Assembly: GCA_905178155.1 (NCBI GenBank)
Contig: CAJINV010000002.1
Span: 12,533,621 to 12,597,620, forward strand
Direction: 5' to 3'
DNA: 64,000 nucleotides
Source: Amoebophrya sp. A120
Lineage: Eukaryota > Protista > Dinoflagellata
Shown here: positions 10,901-24,167 of the stretch, piece after piece
How positions within the stretch are numbered: position 1 is the stretch's first letter
How the letters are laid out: every line of letters starts with the position of its first letter
The notes under the pieces: generated by a model
Databases searched by the model: none
The model's input: the letters and a program-made list of their open reading frames with translations, nothing else
What the model was told of the DNA's origin: nothing
Made by a program: the position numbers and the translations under genes

Positions 10901-13900
10901 GGGACTTAGCATGACAGACTCTGCGAGGTCTCTCCCATGCCTATCCTGCATGAGAAACTCCCTTCCAACTTGGTCAAAAGTGGACAGCTTTTGGCACTCA
11001 TGCAACACAGATTGTTGCGTGCTTCAGATGTACCATGACAAGTTGGCACCTTCCAGACCCAGACATTTTTGCACTTCATATTGGTCCGGCGAGTGCAATA
11101 CACAGGCCTCCAGCTGTCGCATGCTTTTCACCGGGGAAGCGTTCCGCGAGGTCGCTCTGCTCACGGAGGCAGCTACTGCTGGCTCGTCCCGCAGCGCGCC
11201 GACGGACGACTTCAAGTTGCGCGTGTACGTGTCGTGCTGATTTTCGATCGTGTTCATGGACGTGCTGGTACCCAGCGGATGGGACTCGGGATCGCGAAGT
11301 TGCAGCTGCCGCGTCGCGGGCGGGGTTAAGGAGGCGCCGGAAGTTGTATAGCCCGGACTTTGGTCGTAGTCGCCATACGCGCGTAGCTGCAACTGGTGCT
11401 GCAGCTCCTGAATGTTCGCGGCATCCGTGCTGGGCTCCTGCGCGGCGTGGATCAGCAGCGAGCATTCAGAAACCGCGTTCCCGATCGGATGGATCACGCC
11501 GCCAACCAGACCCCCCGCAGCCCACATCAGCCCGTCGGTGGCTGGGGCGGTGCGGAGTTCGTAATTGTCGGCGACCTGCTGGTCGATCACCTGGTGCGGT
11601 TGCTGTGTGGGTGTGTTCATGTCGGTCCGTGCGTTACTACTCTCAAACGCGTGCTGCTGGTTCTCGTCGTCCACGTACTGGCCCGCGGTAGCGGATCCCT
11701 CCACGAGAGCGACGTTCTGTGCCAGTGTATCGCGGAGCAGACAGGCAGTTTCGAGGCGATCCGAGATCAAACACTCGACATCAGCTTCATTTGCAGAAGT
11801 ATTCGGCACTTGTTGATCTGGAGGCAGCTGACCGAAGCTAAGCGCCGGATCCATCGGTTTAACGATCGGGCTTCCCCGGGGGCCTATCACGACTTCGGGC
11901 GATAATACTCGTGGTGAACGTGAGGGTGACCACCCATGACTTGGTTGTCCATCGGTTGTCCGTGTGCGCACAAGTGGCAAGCTCATTTCCGTATCTTCCT
12001 CCTCCTCATCCCCCTCAGGAATGGGCGGCGGGTAATTGTGGTGAGGCTCCTGCTCGTTGTTGAGATTGGTATTGTCGTCCAGGTTTGCTCGTAAGTCCGT
12101 GCCGAATAGACTATCCAAAGTCTGGGGCAAACCTTGGCGCGGTCGAACCTGTGCCTGGCGGCCAAAGAGAACCGCAGCCAGGGAATGGCTGTTTTCCTCC
12201 AAGCGACTCGGAATACCGTCCTGCAACGCGGCTTCTCCGTCCCCCAAAGGACCTCCACCGCACCAGTTATTCTGCGAGCTGGTGCTGCTGACTGTTCTCG
12301 CCAATCCGGTGGCGGATGCGGACGCACACGGGACGAGGTGCAGGTCCCGCTTTTGCTCGTCACTTCTGGCAGTGGGCGATTCGAGATGAACTGCGCCCGT
12401 TGTCGACGACGTTGCGCTGTGTGTGAAATACGCCGACCCGACTGAAGTTGTCGACATTGTTGGCGCTAGCGCTGTTCGACTCTGCTCCACCTCGGAGAGG
12501 ACGTCTTCGATTAGACGTGGCGCCGTTTCCTCCCGCGGAACTGCGTGCGGCGAGGAAAAAAAAGCCGACATACTTGCAAGCGAATTGCCCGCTGGCACGA
12601 GCTCGAACTGCGGATAGCTGGAGGTTGCGACCAGTTGCTCCTCCGAGTCCAGCGGCGCGCCGCCAACTGTCGTATTCAGTGGGCGCAGGAAAACACCAGG
12701 AGTGGAGGACAGGACCGGAATGGAGGCTGCTGCATCTGCCGGCGAATTGTTCAACCCTGTTGCGTTCGCGGAAGACAGCACACCCACGGCCTTGCTCCCT
12801 GCAACCGCACTGGAGAAAGTCCGCGTCAGCATCAAATCGTCGGGTACCGCAGTAGTCCCCGCGATCTCGGTGGCAATCGCACCAGCGGGAGGGGAACACA
12901 GACAGAGCTCGTCAGCCGCGGCCTGCCAGGTCACCGACCGACTGATGGGGTCGATCGCAGACTCCTCCTCCATCTCCTTCTCCAGCTGCGCGTAGTCTGC
13001 ATCCTCGACTATTGGAAACAACTGCTTAACGGCAGTATCGACCCGAAACTTCCGCACGCGTGCCCGCACTGGCCGGTCTACGAAGTCCGGAGGGGGATAG
13101 CAGGAGGCAGCTGCGGGTGCATGTGCACCCGCCCCGCCGACAGTCGCGGTCCAATAGTCCTTGTTCGCTGTGAAGAGAAACCCTTGCCAGGGCTTCTGGT
13201 TGAAGGTCAGCTTGTCGCAAATCTGCACCGCGGTGCGGTTGTCGAGCGCAGCAAAGATGTCGTCGAACAGGAAGAGGTCTGTCTGGTCAAAATCGTACAG
13301 AGCCCGTGCGAGCGCCAAGCGCATGCGCTGCCCGCCGCTCAGGTTGCCGCCGCGTTCCCCCACGATGGTCTGGTCGCCGTAGGAAAACTGAAACTGAATG
13401 TCAGAATCGAGATGCGACATCTGGATGCACTGCTGATATTTCCCTGCATCAAAATCGCGGTAGAACAGAATGTTTTCCCGAACCGTGCCCGCAAAGATGA
13501 ACGGTGACTGAGAGACGTAGCTTACCTTTAAGATCTTCTTGGCTGCCGAAGTTCCTGGGGCTGCGGTCGCGTCTAGATCTACAGCACTGGATTCTAGCAA
13601 AGACGAAGCCGCTGCCGGTGGCCCAAATCGCATCTCTCCATCGCAGATCCTCGCTTCCCCGAGAATGCTTTTCAGTAAAGTGGACTTCCCACTGCCGACC
13701 CGACCCATCAGGACGATTGTGTCACCCTGGCAGAGTTGCAGATTCACCTTCTCGAGCACGGTAGCGGCGTCAGGAGCAGATTCGTGTCCTGCTCCTGGTG
13801 GGTTTGCAGGCGAGGGAGCTGCCGTCCCATTACTGTCCCAGCCGACTGACAGGTCTTTCAGATCCAGCAGAACGTCTTCCTGACGTCTACTACTTTTTCG

Positions 13901-15904
13901 TTGCGACAGGTAACTGGTGGTCGAATCTCCGGCGAAGCAAGACTTGAAAGTCGATGCAGAGACCGAGCAGGTTATGTCCAGCGTTTGTTGCTGCGGCGTT
14001 GCATTCGGCTGGGGTCTTGCAACGCTTCCGGGCGGCAGCGCAAGCTGTTGTCCCGCTTGTTTCACCTGTTCCGCGCTTTGACCCAGCAGTGGCCGACGCT
14101 GGTCCTCGGTTGCGTCTTCTGAAGTGGACTCACCACTCTTTGTCACGTCAGTGGTTAAAGCGGGATCTTCGTCTTCATCCCCTTGTTTCGTTGTCGTCGT
14201 GTCAGGCTCAGGCAAGAACTCCAGTGGCAGTAAATGCGGTTGCATTGGCTTCGTCAAATCTTCGGTTGCTGAGGGCTGGCTGCCCGCTGCTGCAGCTCCA
14301 GACATACCTCCACCTCCCGCGCCGGCGAGTATAGACGAGCTTGGCAGATCTTTATTGTCTTCCAATTCGTTCTTGCACTGAAGACCATATGCAGTACTGA
14401 AATCCAGTCGCTTTTTGTCATCCCCTCGCCGGAGAAAGTCTTCGATGCGACGAAGGCTATTGAGCAGACTGAACATGCTCCCCGTGACGTTCGCCATGTG
14501 CAAGATCGGCAGCGAAATCTTGTAGCAGATGTTGGTGACCAGAAACGCGGTGGCGGTGCTCATCTCTCCCTCCTCGTCGGACAGGGCGAACCAGCGGGGC
14601 GCCAGAAGGAAGAAAATCGACACCAGACCAGGCACGGCCGCCAGGAGAATCGTTTTCACCGCGAAAAGAAGCAGTTCCCGGCCGCAGTCCTCCAGCTCCT
14701 CCTGCCGCAGACTCTGCACTTTTTGCAAATACGGTTCTTCCCAGGTAAAGAACTTCACAATGCGGATCCCGGACAGCAGTTCGTTGCAAACCAAAATGCG
14801 CTTTTCCGACTTCTCCATCCGCTTTTTGCGCGCGTCGTCGCCCAGCCGGGAGACAAACACGTTGATGACACACATGCCGAACAGGAAAACCAGCCCGATC
14901 GCCGCGATCCAGAACCCCAGCAACTGGAAGAGAAACAAGCTGGCGCCGAAGACCAGCAGCGGCACACCCCAGAGCTGGTGGAAACCCGGGAGACACTCGA
15001 GCCACTGTGCCGCGTCGGTGGTGACCAGCTTCAGCACCTCCCCCGAGTTCACGGTCGGGAGCGAGAGCAGCTTCTCGTAGATGGTCACGACGGTGTAGGC
15101 CCGCAGTCGCTGCCCCAGGTTGGACATCAGGTAGGTCGTCAGGTTGGTGGCGATCAAATTCACGAACGTGAAGAACAGCAGCAGCCCCCCGTAGCTCCAG
15201 TACACGCCCGCGTGGCAGTGATCCGGCGTCCGCACGAATTTCGGCAAGTAGAAATCGACAAACAGCCGATCGTTCTGCATGCGCTGCGTTCGAAGTGTGG
15301 GATCTAGCGGCGCATCTTCGTCGTGCTGGCACATGTCGAGGTACTGGATGATGTGGTAGAAGGAAATCAGAAACCAGAACACGGCGGCAACCGCGAGAAA
15401 TTGGTACGCCACAGCGAGAAAAAATATCCGCCGGTGCTCGGTACACCCGTTTACGACGAGCCAGAAGCCGAAACTCGGGGTCGCAGTCAGTCCAGCATTT
15501 ATTGCCGTACTTTCACTTGTCTGCTCCTCTACTGTTGATCGTGAAGCTTGTCGCGGAGAACTGATATTTGAAGTCGCTTTTTTCACACAGGGTCGCTGCA
15601 GCACGAGGCCGCTTTTTTGTTCAGGTTGGTCGGCAGGTGCATCTTTGGAGGTTTCGGCTCCAGATGAAAGTAGCACCAATGGTGCGGATTCTTTGTTCTT
15701 TTCGTCACCAGGAGTAGCCTCCGCCGCTCGGCCGACCGTCACCGGCGCGTCGGGTAGCGCGTCTTGGTCTGGGAGGGACGGTAAATCGTCGCATTCGATC
15801 GCCGGGTCGTCGTCGCTCAAAAACCATGGCCACCAGACGCAGGACCGCTTCGACCGGCCAAACAGGGGGCCGATCCTCGAAAAGGAAAAATCATAGTAGT
15901 CCAT
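7909..15904 (-). CDS. ABCC/MRP-family ABC transporter (TMD1-NBD1-long linker-TMD2-NBD2), ~2,428 aa; exons 11076-15904, 8363-10490, 7909-8238
   Basis: NBD1 has GRVGSGKS, VGERGGNLSGGQ and LFLFDD. NBD2 has GRTGAGKS, IITQDPVLFSGTVRANLDPF, NLSLGERQL, LLVCDEATAS and IAHRL. ABCC TMD motifs are present (GIRIVKFFTWE, LRAPIHWFDT). GT-AG intron at 8239-8362; non-canonical intron at ~10491-11075. Confidence 0.95.
10491..11078. mobile_element. Introner-like non-canonical intron, family A (585 bp), in the ABCC gene
   Basis: Perfect 23-bp inverted repeat (10493-10515 aagtgcaaaaatgtctgggtctg; 11054-11076) and 3-bp direct repeat tca (10491-10493; 11076-11078). Removal restores the frame (PDQY-DNQDD); no GT-AG register exists within the direct repeat. 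Confidence 0.85.
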
Positions 15905-17258
15905 CGTCGAGATGATAGATCGGGTTCGGTGCGGGGGCGAGATGTTAAGAGAGTTACAACAATAGAAGCATTTTGAGTAAACGAACCTAATACTATCGAA
16001 AAACTATTAAATAGCCTGAGATAAAGAATTGAGCTAGCATGCTTAAGGAGCTTGCAATCGGGATTTATTTCCTGGCTTTGGATTCGAAAAAGGAGCGATA
16101 AGCAGGAGTTGGCAGTTCTTTGCGGAAATCCTATGCGCATGACAGATTTGCGAAAATGAAGAAGAGAGAAAGAAGAAACGAGCGGAGATTTTCATTTGTA
16201 TGGAGTTCTTGTGGTCTGCTGGTGGTGAACGTCTTCACTAACGCCTTAAGCACTGGCCTAAACCTTCCTCCCGTTTGCCGACAGGAGGAAGACCGATCAT
16301 GATTACATCGGCGGAAGCGGGTTACGCTCTGAAATAAAAGGTCGTTGGCAAAAATGGATTTTCACCTTGAGATCAGTTCCATTTCGGAAAAATCTTACAC
16401 AAACACAGAGGAAGACTGATGTGCACGTGAGAAGTGAGTCCGCTTGATATCAAAATTTGCACGCGAAATTTCTACAGTCAATCGCGCGACCATAGCTTGC
16501 AACCTCGCTTCATTGGGGACCACATACATACAAAATTGCGTGCCAAAAATCGCACTGTCATATGCATTCGGGTGACAAAAACCAAAAAACAATGACGTAA
16601 AGTGAATTCAGTTCTAACGTTCTATCGGTGCGCGTGCGTAATCAAGTGGATGATCTAAAAACATAAAACAAGCATCGAATGCCGCGTAATAGCTCGTCGT
16701 AGAAGATCGTGCACTATCTTCCACGAGATCGTCCACTAATTTTAGCATAAACTTCTACTTTGCCATGATCAGTGATCCGCTCGAGAAGTGTCCAGATGAA
16801 GATGCTGATGTATGATCATGGACGTCTCTGAGGCCACGAAGCCGATACCGGTCGCTTTCAAGAAAAGTGACACGGATCTGAAGTGCTGTATGTTGATCAC
16901 TGTGTACACTTTGTTCGTCCCTTTTTGCACAAAAGCAGTGGGCCCCACAGCCATCGCTCTAAAACCGCAAAGATGCACAGTTCGCTGCAAAGCCAGATCT
17001 CCGGTGTCTTCAGTTCCTTACTTTGGGGAACCGCGTGAAGCAGTGCTCGTAAACCATGATCCTGGATCAAGAAAAAATGAACGCACTCAGAGTGGAAGAT
17101 AAGTTCTTACTTACCACGTTATCCGAATTCTTGAAACGCGTGCAACCTGAAAGTCGCACGCTGGTGTCGAGTGAGTAGACGTTTTTTCCGAACAAGACGC
17201 CACTTCAATGCTTCTTCTGTTCAGTCCTTTTTCGGCACGTTCGGTGCGCCCGATGAAT

Positions 17259-17879
17259 TCAGCTCCTTCTAGATCTAGCTGTGCCATACTCGCTCTTGTT
17301 TCTCAGCCAGAACACTGTTGTGAAGCAATCGAGCGTGGAATTACAGATGTGAGCTGACCAAAGGCCATCGTTTTCTTGATCCCAAAACGCCGTAGCTGCG
17401 GTGTGCGTTCCCGATTCCGCCTTTTCTACGATCACGCACGTGACCACGTACTTGTAGGGCCTCCGGAGATCGTTGAGTCCCCGCAGGGAACTATCCACAA
17501 TTGTCTCGCACCACTCATTCACTTTCTCCTGGTCATAGACCGAGTCTTGCAGAGTCTCGTGCACAACTCGATTGGTCACTGCGCGAATTTCCTCCAGCTT
17601 GCCGGGTGTCGTGTTCTCGGTTTTTGTGGTTTGGCTCGCCTCAGATTTGGTGCTTCTTTCGCTACCTTCCAGTAAATCTTCGGTGGCAGCAGTACCGTGT
17701 CGAGCTTTTCTTACTTCGTGTTCTTTCTCAACCTGCAGCTCCGTCGATTCATCGCCTGTCGCAGTATGTGTTTCAGGAACTACTGTTGAAATGGCCTCTG
17801 AATCCGTGCAGCCAGTGTCGGACGGCTCTCTCGTCGCGAGTAGTGGAGGCAAGGCGTCTTCCTCAGTGGAGGCAGTCAT
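17259..17879 (-). CDS. Tctex-1 family dynein light chain with acidic N-terminal extension
   Basis: YDQEKVNEWCETIVDSSLRGL...PYKYVVTCVIVEK...AFWDQENDG...CFTTVFWL matches the Tctex-1 consensus. Confidence 0.9.
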   Translation of the reverse strand: MTASTEEDALPPLLATREPSDTGCTDSEAISTVVPETHTATGDESTELQVEKEHEVRKARHGTAATEDLLEGSERSTKSEASQTTKTENTTPGKLEEIRAVTNRVVHETLQDSVYDQEKVNEWCETIVDSSLRGLNDLRRPYKYVVTCVIVEKAESGTHTAATAFWDQENDGLWSAHICNSTLDCFTTVFWLRNKSEYGTARSRRS

Positions 17880-18450
17880 CTTCAGGAACCCTCCCAGGCG
17901 GCGTGTCGGGTGTGCGAAAAACCGACGGTAAAGAGCGGGAGGAACTACTTCCTGACATCAAAGATGTAAATGGTTTCTTGCTTCTTCTCGTTTCTCGATG
18001 GTCTCCTGCAGTAACAGGAGATGTCGCAAACGCCATATTTATTCCTACTCGAAAAGGAAAACGCCGCAGAAAGTATAGCAATTCTGAATACAGTACTATG
18101 CGCTGCACAACCTCCGTCGACACCTAAGACTTTTGGCAAACGCAATCGCAGGGCTCTACAGTGTTACGCATCGTTTTTTTCATGCAGCGCATCTTGGTGC
18201 AAGACAAATGCAAATCGCCGCAATGAGCGGCTAAATTTTGACTCCTGTTGCACTTGCACGTGCATCCATGATTGTGCTTGTCGAGAGGCTACTCGGTCGA
18301 GTACTTGTTCTGTCGAGCTTGGATGAACACGACACAGATCAACACAGAACAAGAAAGTGCGCTTAGAATCCTTCGTACTAATGCGCCCGCTGCCAAGAAT
18401 TTCAGCGTAAGCATCACATCGACGATTGTTTCCGATTCATTGAAAAGCCT

Positions 18451-20526
18451 CTATCTTCTTTCAACGCCGCTGCTACAAGACGAGCTTGCCGCATTATCTA
18501 TTCCCGCAACGAAGGGGACAGGATTCGTACCAGTGCCTCGACTGGGCCTCGCGACGTCTCTCACACTCGTTATTTCACGGATCAGCCGTCGCTCAAACTC
18601 ACCGGTCGGAGGTCCGGGCGATTCGTCGTTGCTGGACACATCAGCGGCTCCGTCCTCCTCGCCGTTGTTCCGCTCTAGCTTGGACTTGTTTTTCTCTGCT
18701 TGCAACAACCTCAGGTCGTGCCACAAGGCATGGGTTTTGAGGCCGAGCAACTTTAGCCAACAGCGTCCGCACTGGTGTCGCCCGTGCAGCTTGTAGAGCA
18801 GCAGGCCCTCCCGAACCTGCTCCTGAAATAGAAAGGCCGTGTTCCGCTCACTGCTGCAGGCATTGGCGATGTCCTGCTCGAATTGCATGCGGCGGCAGGG
18901 AAACCCGCATCGAAAGCACTTGATTTTCGGCTGATTCTGGTTTATCTGCAGGTTCACCACCACGGTCTGCACGGGGAACTGCTCGCTTGTTCCCCAGTGG
19001 AGCCCTCTCTCGACGTGAGGCGGAAGGGCCGACAAATCTACGCTTTGCAACATTTCCTGTCGTGTCAAGTCTCCCCGCTTCGCGTGCGCTGCTTGTGCCC
19101 TGTATTTTGTGAGTACTTATCCAATAACGCGCTGTAGCTTTTGTGAGCGGACCAAATCGATCCCTTTAGATCTACGAAAAGCTGCGTTATTCGACGATCA
19201 AATTGTAATCGATGTTGCTGCCCGATGGAGTAAAAATTTGAAATAGTTAGAATACAGTGCTGCTCTTTCCGCGAGATGTTCCAGGGAAAGTTTGGGCAAT
19301 GCGGTCGACCTCCGCAGCCCGGCGCAGAGAGTGCTCACGTGCGCTGCCGCCGGTGCCCTTTTCGTGAACGAGAATGCTGTGGAGGCGCCGTCCGCGGAGG
19401 ACTTATGCGACCCGAGCGCCACCGTGATCTTGAAGGGTACGCCGTCTCCTGGAAAGCGCTCGTCCGGCACCGGCTCGGGTAAAAATACGCCTTTCTGAAA
19501 CAGCAACGCACGAAACTCGCAGTACAAAAGCTGTCGGTGCAAGCGGTCCTGAAACACCACCCGTTTGCAACTCTCATCCCACAAACGGACGACGAGAAAT
19601 GAACCTGGGTCCAGGGCGGGCAGGAACCTTGGCAAGAGGACCGTGCTCGAGGTCGTGCTTTTGGTTCCGCGGGCTAGCGCTGGTCTAGCATCCGCCATCA
19701 ACAGCTGAGGGCTGCCCCGTCCGGAAGAGGTCTCTTTTGCCGCTGTTCCTCCTGCCCCGGACGCAGGATTGGTCGCCGCGGATGCTGCCAGCGGGGGTGC
19801 GCGGCTTGCTGTAAGGTTCCTTGACGACGTCGCGCCTTGTTCACCAGCGGGCTTTGTTGTTGAGCTACTTTTGTTCGCAGCAGTGATACAACTTCTCTTG
19901 CCTACTTTGCTGCAACCCTCACCCCATCCATTGCTTCGGAACGCCGGCAGGGCTGCGCCCAAGATTGCGTCCCCCAGTTTTGCGTGGTCCAAGAACGAGA
20001 AAATGATGTGCAAAACGCCCTTTCCTAGATTCCGCTCGAACGCGAAGGCCGACCAGAGCGTGCCAGCCAGCTTGTTCCTCCGCTTGTTCATGACCCTGCG
20101 GAACACCACATCGAAGGCATTCAGCGAAAAGCGGTTCATGCGCCGCCCCACTAATGTGTCGATATTCTGCAGCACCTTCATCTTCTCGGTGGCCGCTTGC
20201 AAGCGGAAATCCTCACTTAGAACAGCGTGGCGCGTACCGCAAAGTGAGGGGGACGAGGATAGCGTGGACGAGGTTGAGGAAAAACAATGCGTTGAATTAC
20301 AGGACCCGTCCGCAGGAAGTTCTTTACTTGTCCCAAGGGCTCCATCCATCGTCTCCTTCCGCTTGGTGAAAATGGAGGTCGAGGTCGTGACAGTGTTTCG
20401 TATCCCCTCCTGGTCCTGCCTTTGTTCACCGTTCTGGTTTAGGCTTTGCTGTTTTTCATTGACATTGTGCCTGCTGTTAACACTCGACGACGAACCAGAT
20501 CCACCGGTTGCAGATGAAACGGGCAT
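18451..20526 (-). CDS. Hypothetical protein, two exons (19256-20526 and 18451-19099)
   Basis: 442-aa and 205-aa ORFs join in frame via a GT-AG intron at 19100-19255. Two CxxC pairs near the C-terminus (CFRC, CGRC). No family recognised. Confidence 0.65.
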
Positions 20527-23223
20527 TTTTATTAAGGGGGCAATGCTAGAAGGTTAGTGCTGGTGATCCTGCGCGTCTTCCAATTGATTCCCGCATCGAT
20601 ATGTTGGTGGCACCAATGGCGTATAACTTCTGACTCAGCAACCCATTGCGACGGAGGCGGGGTTGGAAGACTGTTCGACTGCTTATCATAGACTAAGGGA
20701 TACAAGCCGCAAACCATCTACTATTTTCATGTACCTGCTTACTTTTTTCTGTCCTCTGCACTGCGATATTAAGTATAAATTGACGCGTCTTGTCTTTCCT
20801 TCTTTTTCAACGCTTTGTTCTTGTACTGGCAGCGCCTGATGCTTATTCACGGATAAGAGAGACGACGACAATTACCTTCATGTTGCGAGCCTGTCCCCGG
20901 CCTTTCTTTGCCCTCGAAGTCATAAACGCCATCCTGACCTGGGCAAAAAGATACTCTTGCAACACAGCAAAAACAAACTAACACGATTCGCAAAATCGAG
21001 ACGAGTGACAGAACCTACTTGCCGACGACTCGAACAATCAAGCCCACATGAATTAAATAAGGTCCGCCTTCCGATCCAAACCTTTTCCCGGAGCATTATT
21101 TTTTGATTTTGTGCAATTAGAATGCAGAGCGGGAAATCCCCCGATCTCACTCGCATTCGCAATGAATTCTGCCTCGTACAATGTACCGAACCCAAGGTTG
21201 CGGCAATGTCAATACGTGCGCTAGGCGCTAAAGTCTGTGTGGGTGTCACGGGTGCAGCAGTGCAGTGCACGAATTCGTTGCAATTGCATATACCAAAACT
21301 CTTCTAATTTCACTAGGGTTTCCAAGTCGTCAATTGCATGCACCAGCGGCTGCAAACGACTTGCGTAGGCTCCTCCAAGATTGACAGCCTGTTGTTGACT
21401 ACCCCAAGTCTGGAGCCGAAAATCTCAATGTGGAGTTCCGCCTCATGACAAGTCACATGCTTAGCCTGAGTTCGAATTCATACAGTATACTCTACTACTA
21501 CAAGGATCTGGATGTTAAAAAAGTGACTTCTCCAAGATGGCTCTTGGAGTGCTTCAAGATGGCCCTCGGGTAAAAAAGTGAGTTCATAAATAGGTCTCCC
21601 CATGAATACAGAAAAAAAACCTCCTGCTCCATCATATCGGAGGTCTACGGGCAGTTCGTCCCTTGTGGCATCAGGCCTTACTAAAACCAATAAATTATTC
21701 ATTCATTCACTACCCTCGTGACTCGATGCACTTCTGATGGCACATGTGGAAACACGATTGGCACCTCGTCGCACTTCTGGTGGTGCGTGCAGGCACATCG
21801 CTGCGGTGACCCAGTGGTCAGCAGCTTATGTTTAGTGTATTTATGCTCCCCGACGGTGGAAGCAGCCACCATAAATTACTTAGAAAATACAGTAGAGAGT
21901 ATAACACGATGAGCTTAGACAAAAACTAAACGTGAACTTTACGAAGTGCAACGTACGAGATGTGACGAGAGACGTCCTAGGACAGTGAAGCAGGGACGGC
22001 TACTGCCACACGGGGTCCCGCAGAGACCGAGTACAGGGTACCTGACCGTGGTACATCAAAGGCCTGGAGGTCTAAGCGGGTGCTCGCACAGATCGAGTCC
22101 AGGTCAACGAGTAGTACACCGTGGGTGCATGCTCACTACTACTCGAGGCCTCGATCTGTCGACAGCCCCAGCAACACATGGGCGCGGCAAAAAACGCACG
22201 ACTGTCTACATACCGTGATGGTATGTACACTGTCGTCGCCAGCAACTGGCGATAAAAAACCTACCGACGATGGTACGAAACTACGAGCACGAGCACAGAC
22301 GTACGAACCGATTTTGTTTTTCGTTTACGAAGTCATACCGATTTTTTACGTGGCGATGCAATACCGAAAGGGATTTTTTACGAAGTGCCATCGTGTACCG
22401 ATGGGAAACAAGAAAGCTGCTGTTGCGTGGACGTATGAATCCTCGGATGCTGCTTGTAGACGAACGAGTTACCAAAACCACTACAGACTGGACGAGACTT
22501 TTTACTTTTAAACTTTCATTTTACGTACCACTGGCACAGAATTTCATTTCTACTTGTTTATGAAATATATTTCTTTTCACTCTTTAGTGCACCTGTGATT
22601 TGTGTTTTATTAGTATTTCTCCGCTTCTTACCTCTGAAACGGGGAACGACCACATAGAACAATCCATCCCATAGTTTTAAGTTTTGTCACAAAGTAGAAA
22701 TAAATTTATAAATTTTCTAGAAATCTAGCTACTAGACCGCGAATCGAGAAACGGGGTCTAACCGTAAAACGAAAAAAGGAAGTTTGATGAAATTGATCTA
22801 GTACGCCAAGCGCCGGGTACTAGCTCTAGAAAAGAACAGAGACTTAAATCCTAAAAAAAATGTATACCTAGAAGAGGCTACAGCGAGGCCGGTGGATCTG
22901 TGAAAAAGTTGTAGGTCGCAAGTGTAAGGAGACGCCTATGCGTGAATAAGGAAATGAAGATAGGGAGTAGGAAAATCCTGGAGGAGGCTGGGGAGCAGGA
23001 TAATCCTTGTTGGGTAGAGAAGAGTAAAGGGAAGGGGAACTAGGAGGAGTGGAGAATGGCAAAGAAGGCAACAAAACCTAGGGGGCCCGAACATACCCTA
23101 GGAGGCCCCAGCACAGCTCCTAGCTAAGCCGGTTCGTTGTAATCCATCGTCGTGTTTGTTTCTTCATAATCCAAGACCTTAGTGTACAGTTTGTCGTTGA
23201 TGTTGTTGCGGTTTAATCTGCAT

Positions 23224-23830
23224 TTACTGGCTCATTAACTCGTTTTCGTTATCCTTGTTTTTCGTCTGCTTCTCCGTACTTGGTAGTTGTACTATTATCG
23301 TGTTATCGTCGAGCAACTGCACCGAAGAAACTGGTTGAAGTCCAGAAGCTGCACCGACAACTGGCTGCGCTGCGGACTGGCTGTAAAAAAGCTTGATGCG
23401 TGACGTGGTGATGCCGAAAATGTTCTTTGGAGAAAAAGATGTTCTCGAGTCAGTATGATAGAAAGATGAACATGATGGACTCGATGCAGCGTGTGAGAAC
23501 GTAGAACAGCAAGTGTAGGTTTTGTCGATGATGAACTGATGCGTTGGGGAAACATGCACTGCATTAAAGTGCACCCCTTGCCATAAGCGAATATTCCGAC
23601 AAAGTGGGCGGCGCGGACCAAGACAGTCGTCTGATTTGGACCGGGTGGTAGTTGAGAATGTTGTTGGGATGCAGAGTTGTCGTAATCCCGGAATCCGCTG
23701 GGGCACTTGCGTTGGGGTTGAGCATGGTTGCATCCGGTGCGACATGCAGGATGTCCATGGCCGAGGTGTTCAGGCGACGGCGTTGTGCCGGTGGTTCCGA
23801 ACTCAGTTCGTCTGAACCCCACCCAAACAT
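23224..23830 (-). CDS. Possible small spliced gene or gene fragment
   Basis: Protein-like ORF pieces (MFGWGSDELSSEPPAQRRRL...; ...QLLDDNTIIVQLPSTEK) in different frames; structure unresolved. Confidence 0.25.
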
Positions 23831-24167
23831 CCCACCACTTATCCTGCTCCATCATACATTTTTGGTTCGCGTGTGGTTGCTCTGCAGGTGCTCCTTACTC
23901 ATTGTCAAATTTATTCATTAAGTTTAATTGATTGCATCATACAGGTGGACTCGGACCTTGTCGGGAGGGCGTCTAGGGCAATAAAGCAGTTGCAAATATA
24001 CTGAGAGCAAACAAAACGGCGCGGAATTCGCTAGTAGCCGTCAGCTTCTGCGTGAAACATCGAAGAAAAATTTTACACCTGGTCGAAAATCCTGCACTTA
24101 GTCACAAATCTTTTGTTTGTAATAGTTCGCAAATTATCTCTCCAGAGCCTCTGCGCTGAACACTAAA

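Noticed and set aside
16769-17102. Small ORFs on both strands between the ABCC and Tctex-1 genes
   Set aside because: Short, with no recognisable motifs or supportable gene structure.
19123-19191. Short inverted repeat aataacgc/gcgttatt as an introner
   Set aside because: It lies inside a predicted canonical GT-AG intron that already restores the frame.
20950-21860. Protein-like frames in the complement-only reading upstream of the mirror segment
   Set aside because: In the lines counted (21301-21840) AT was at least as frequent as TA overall, so the frames are probably chance.
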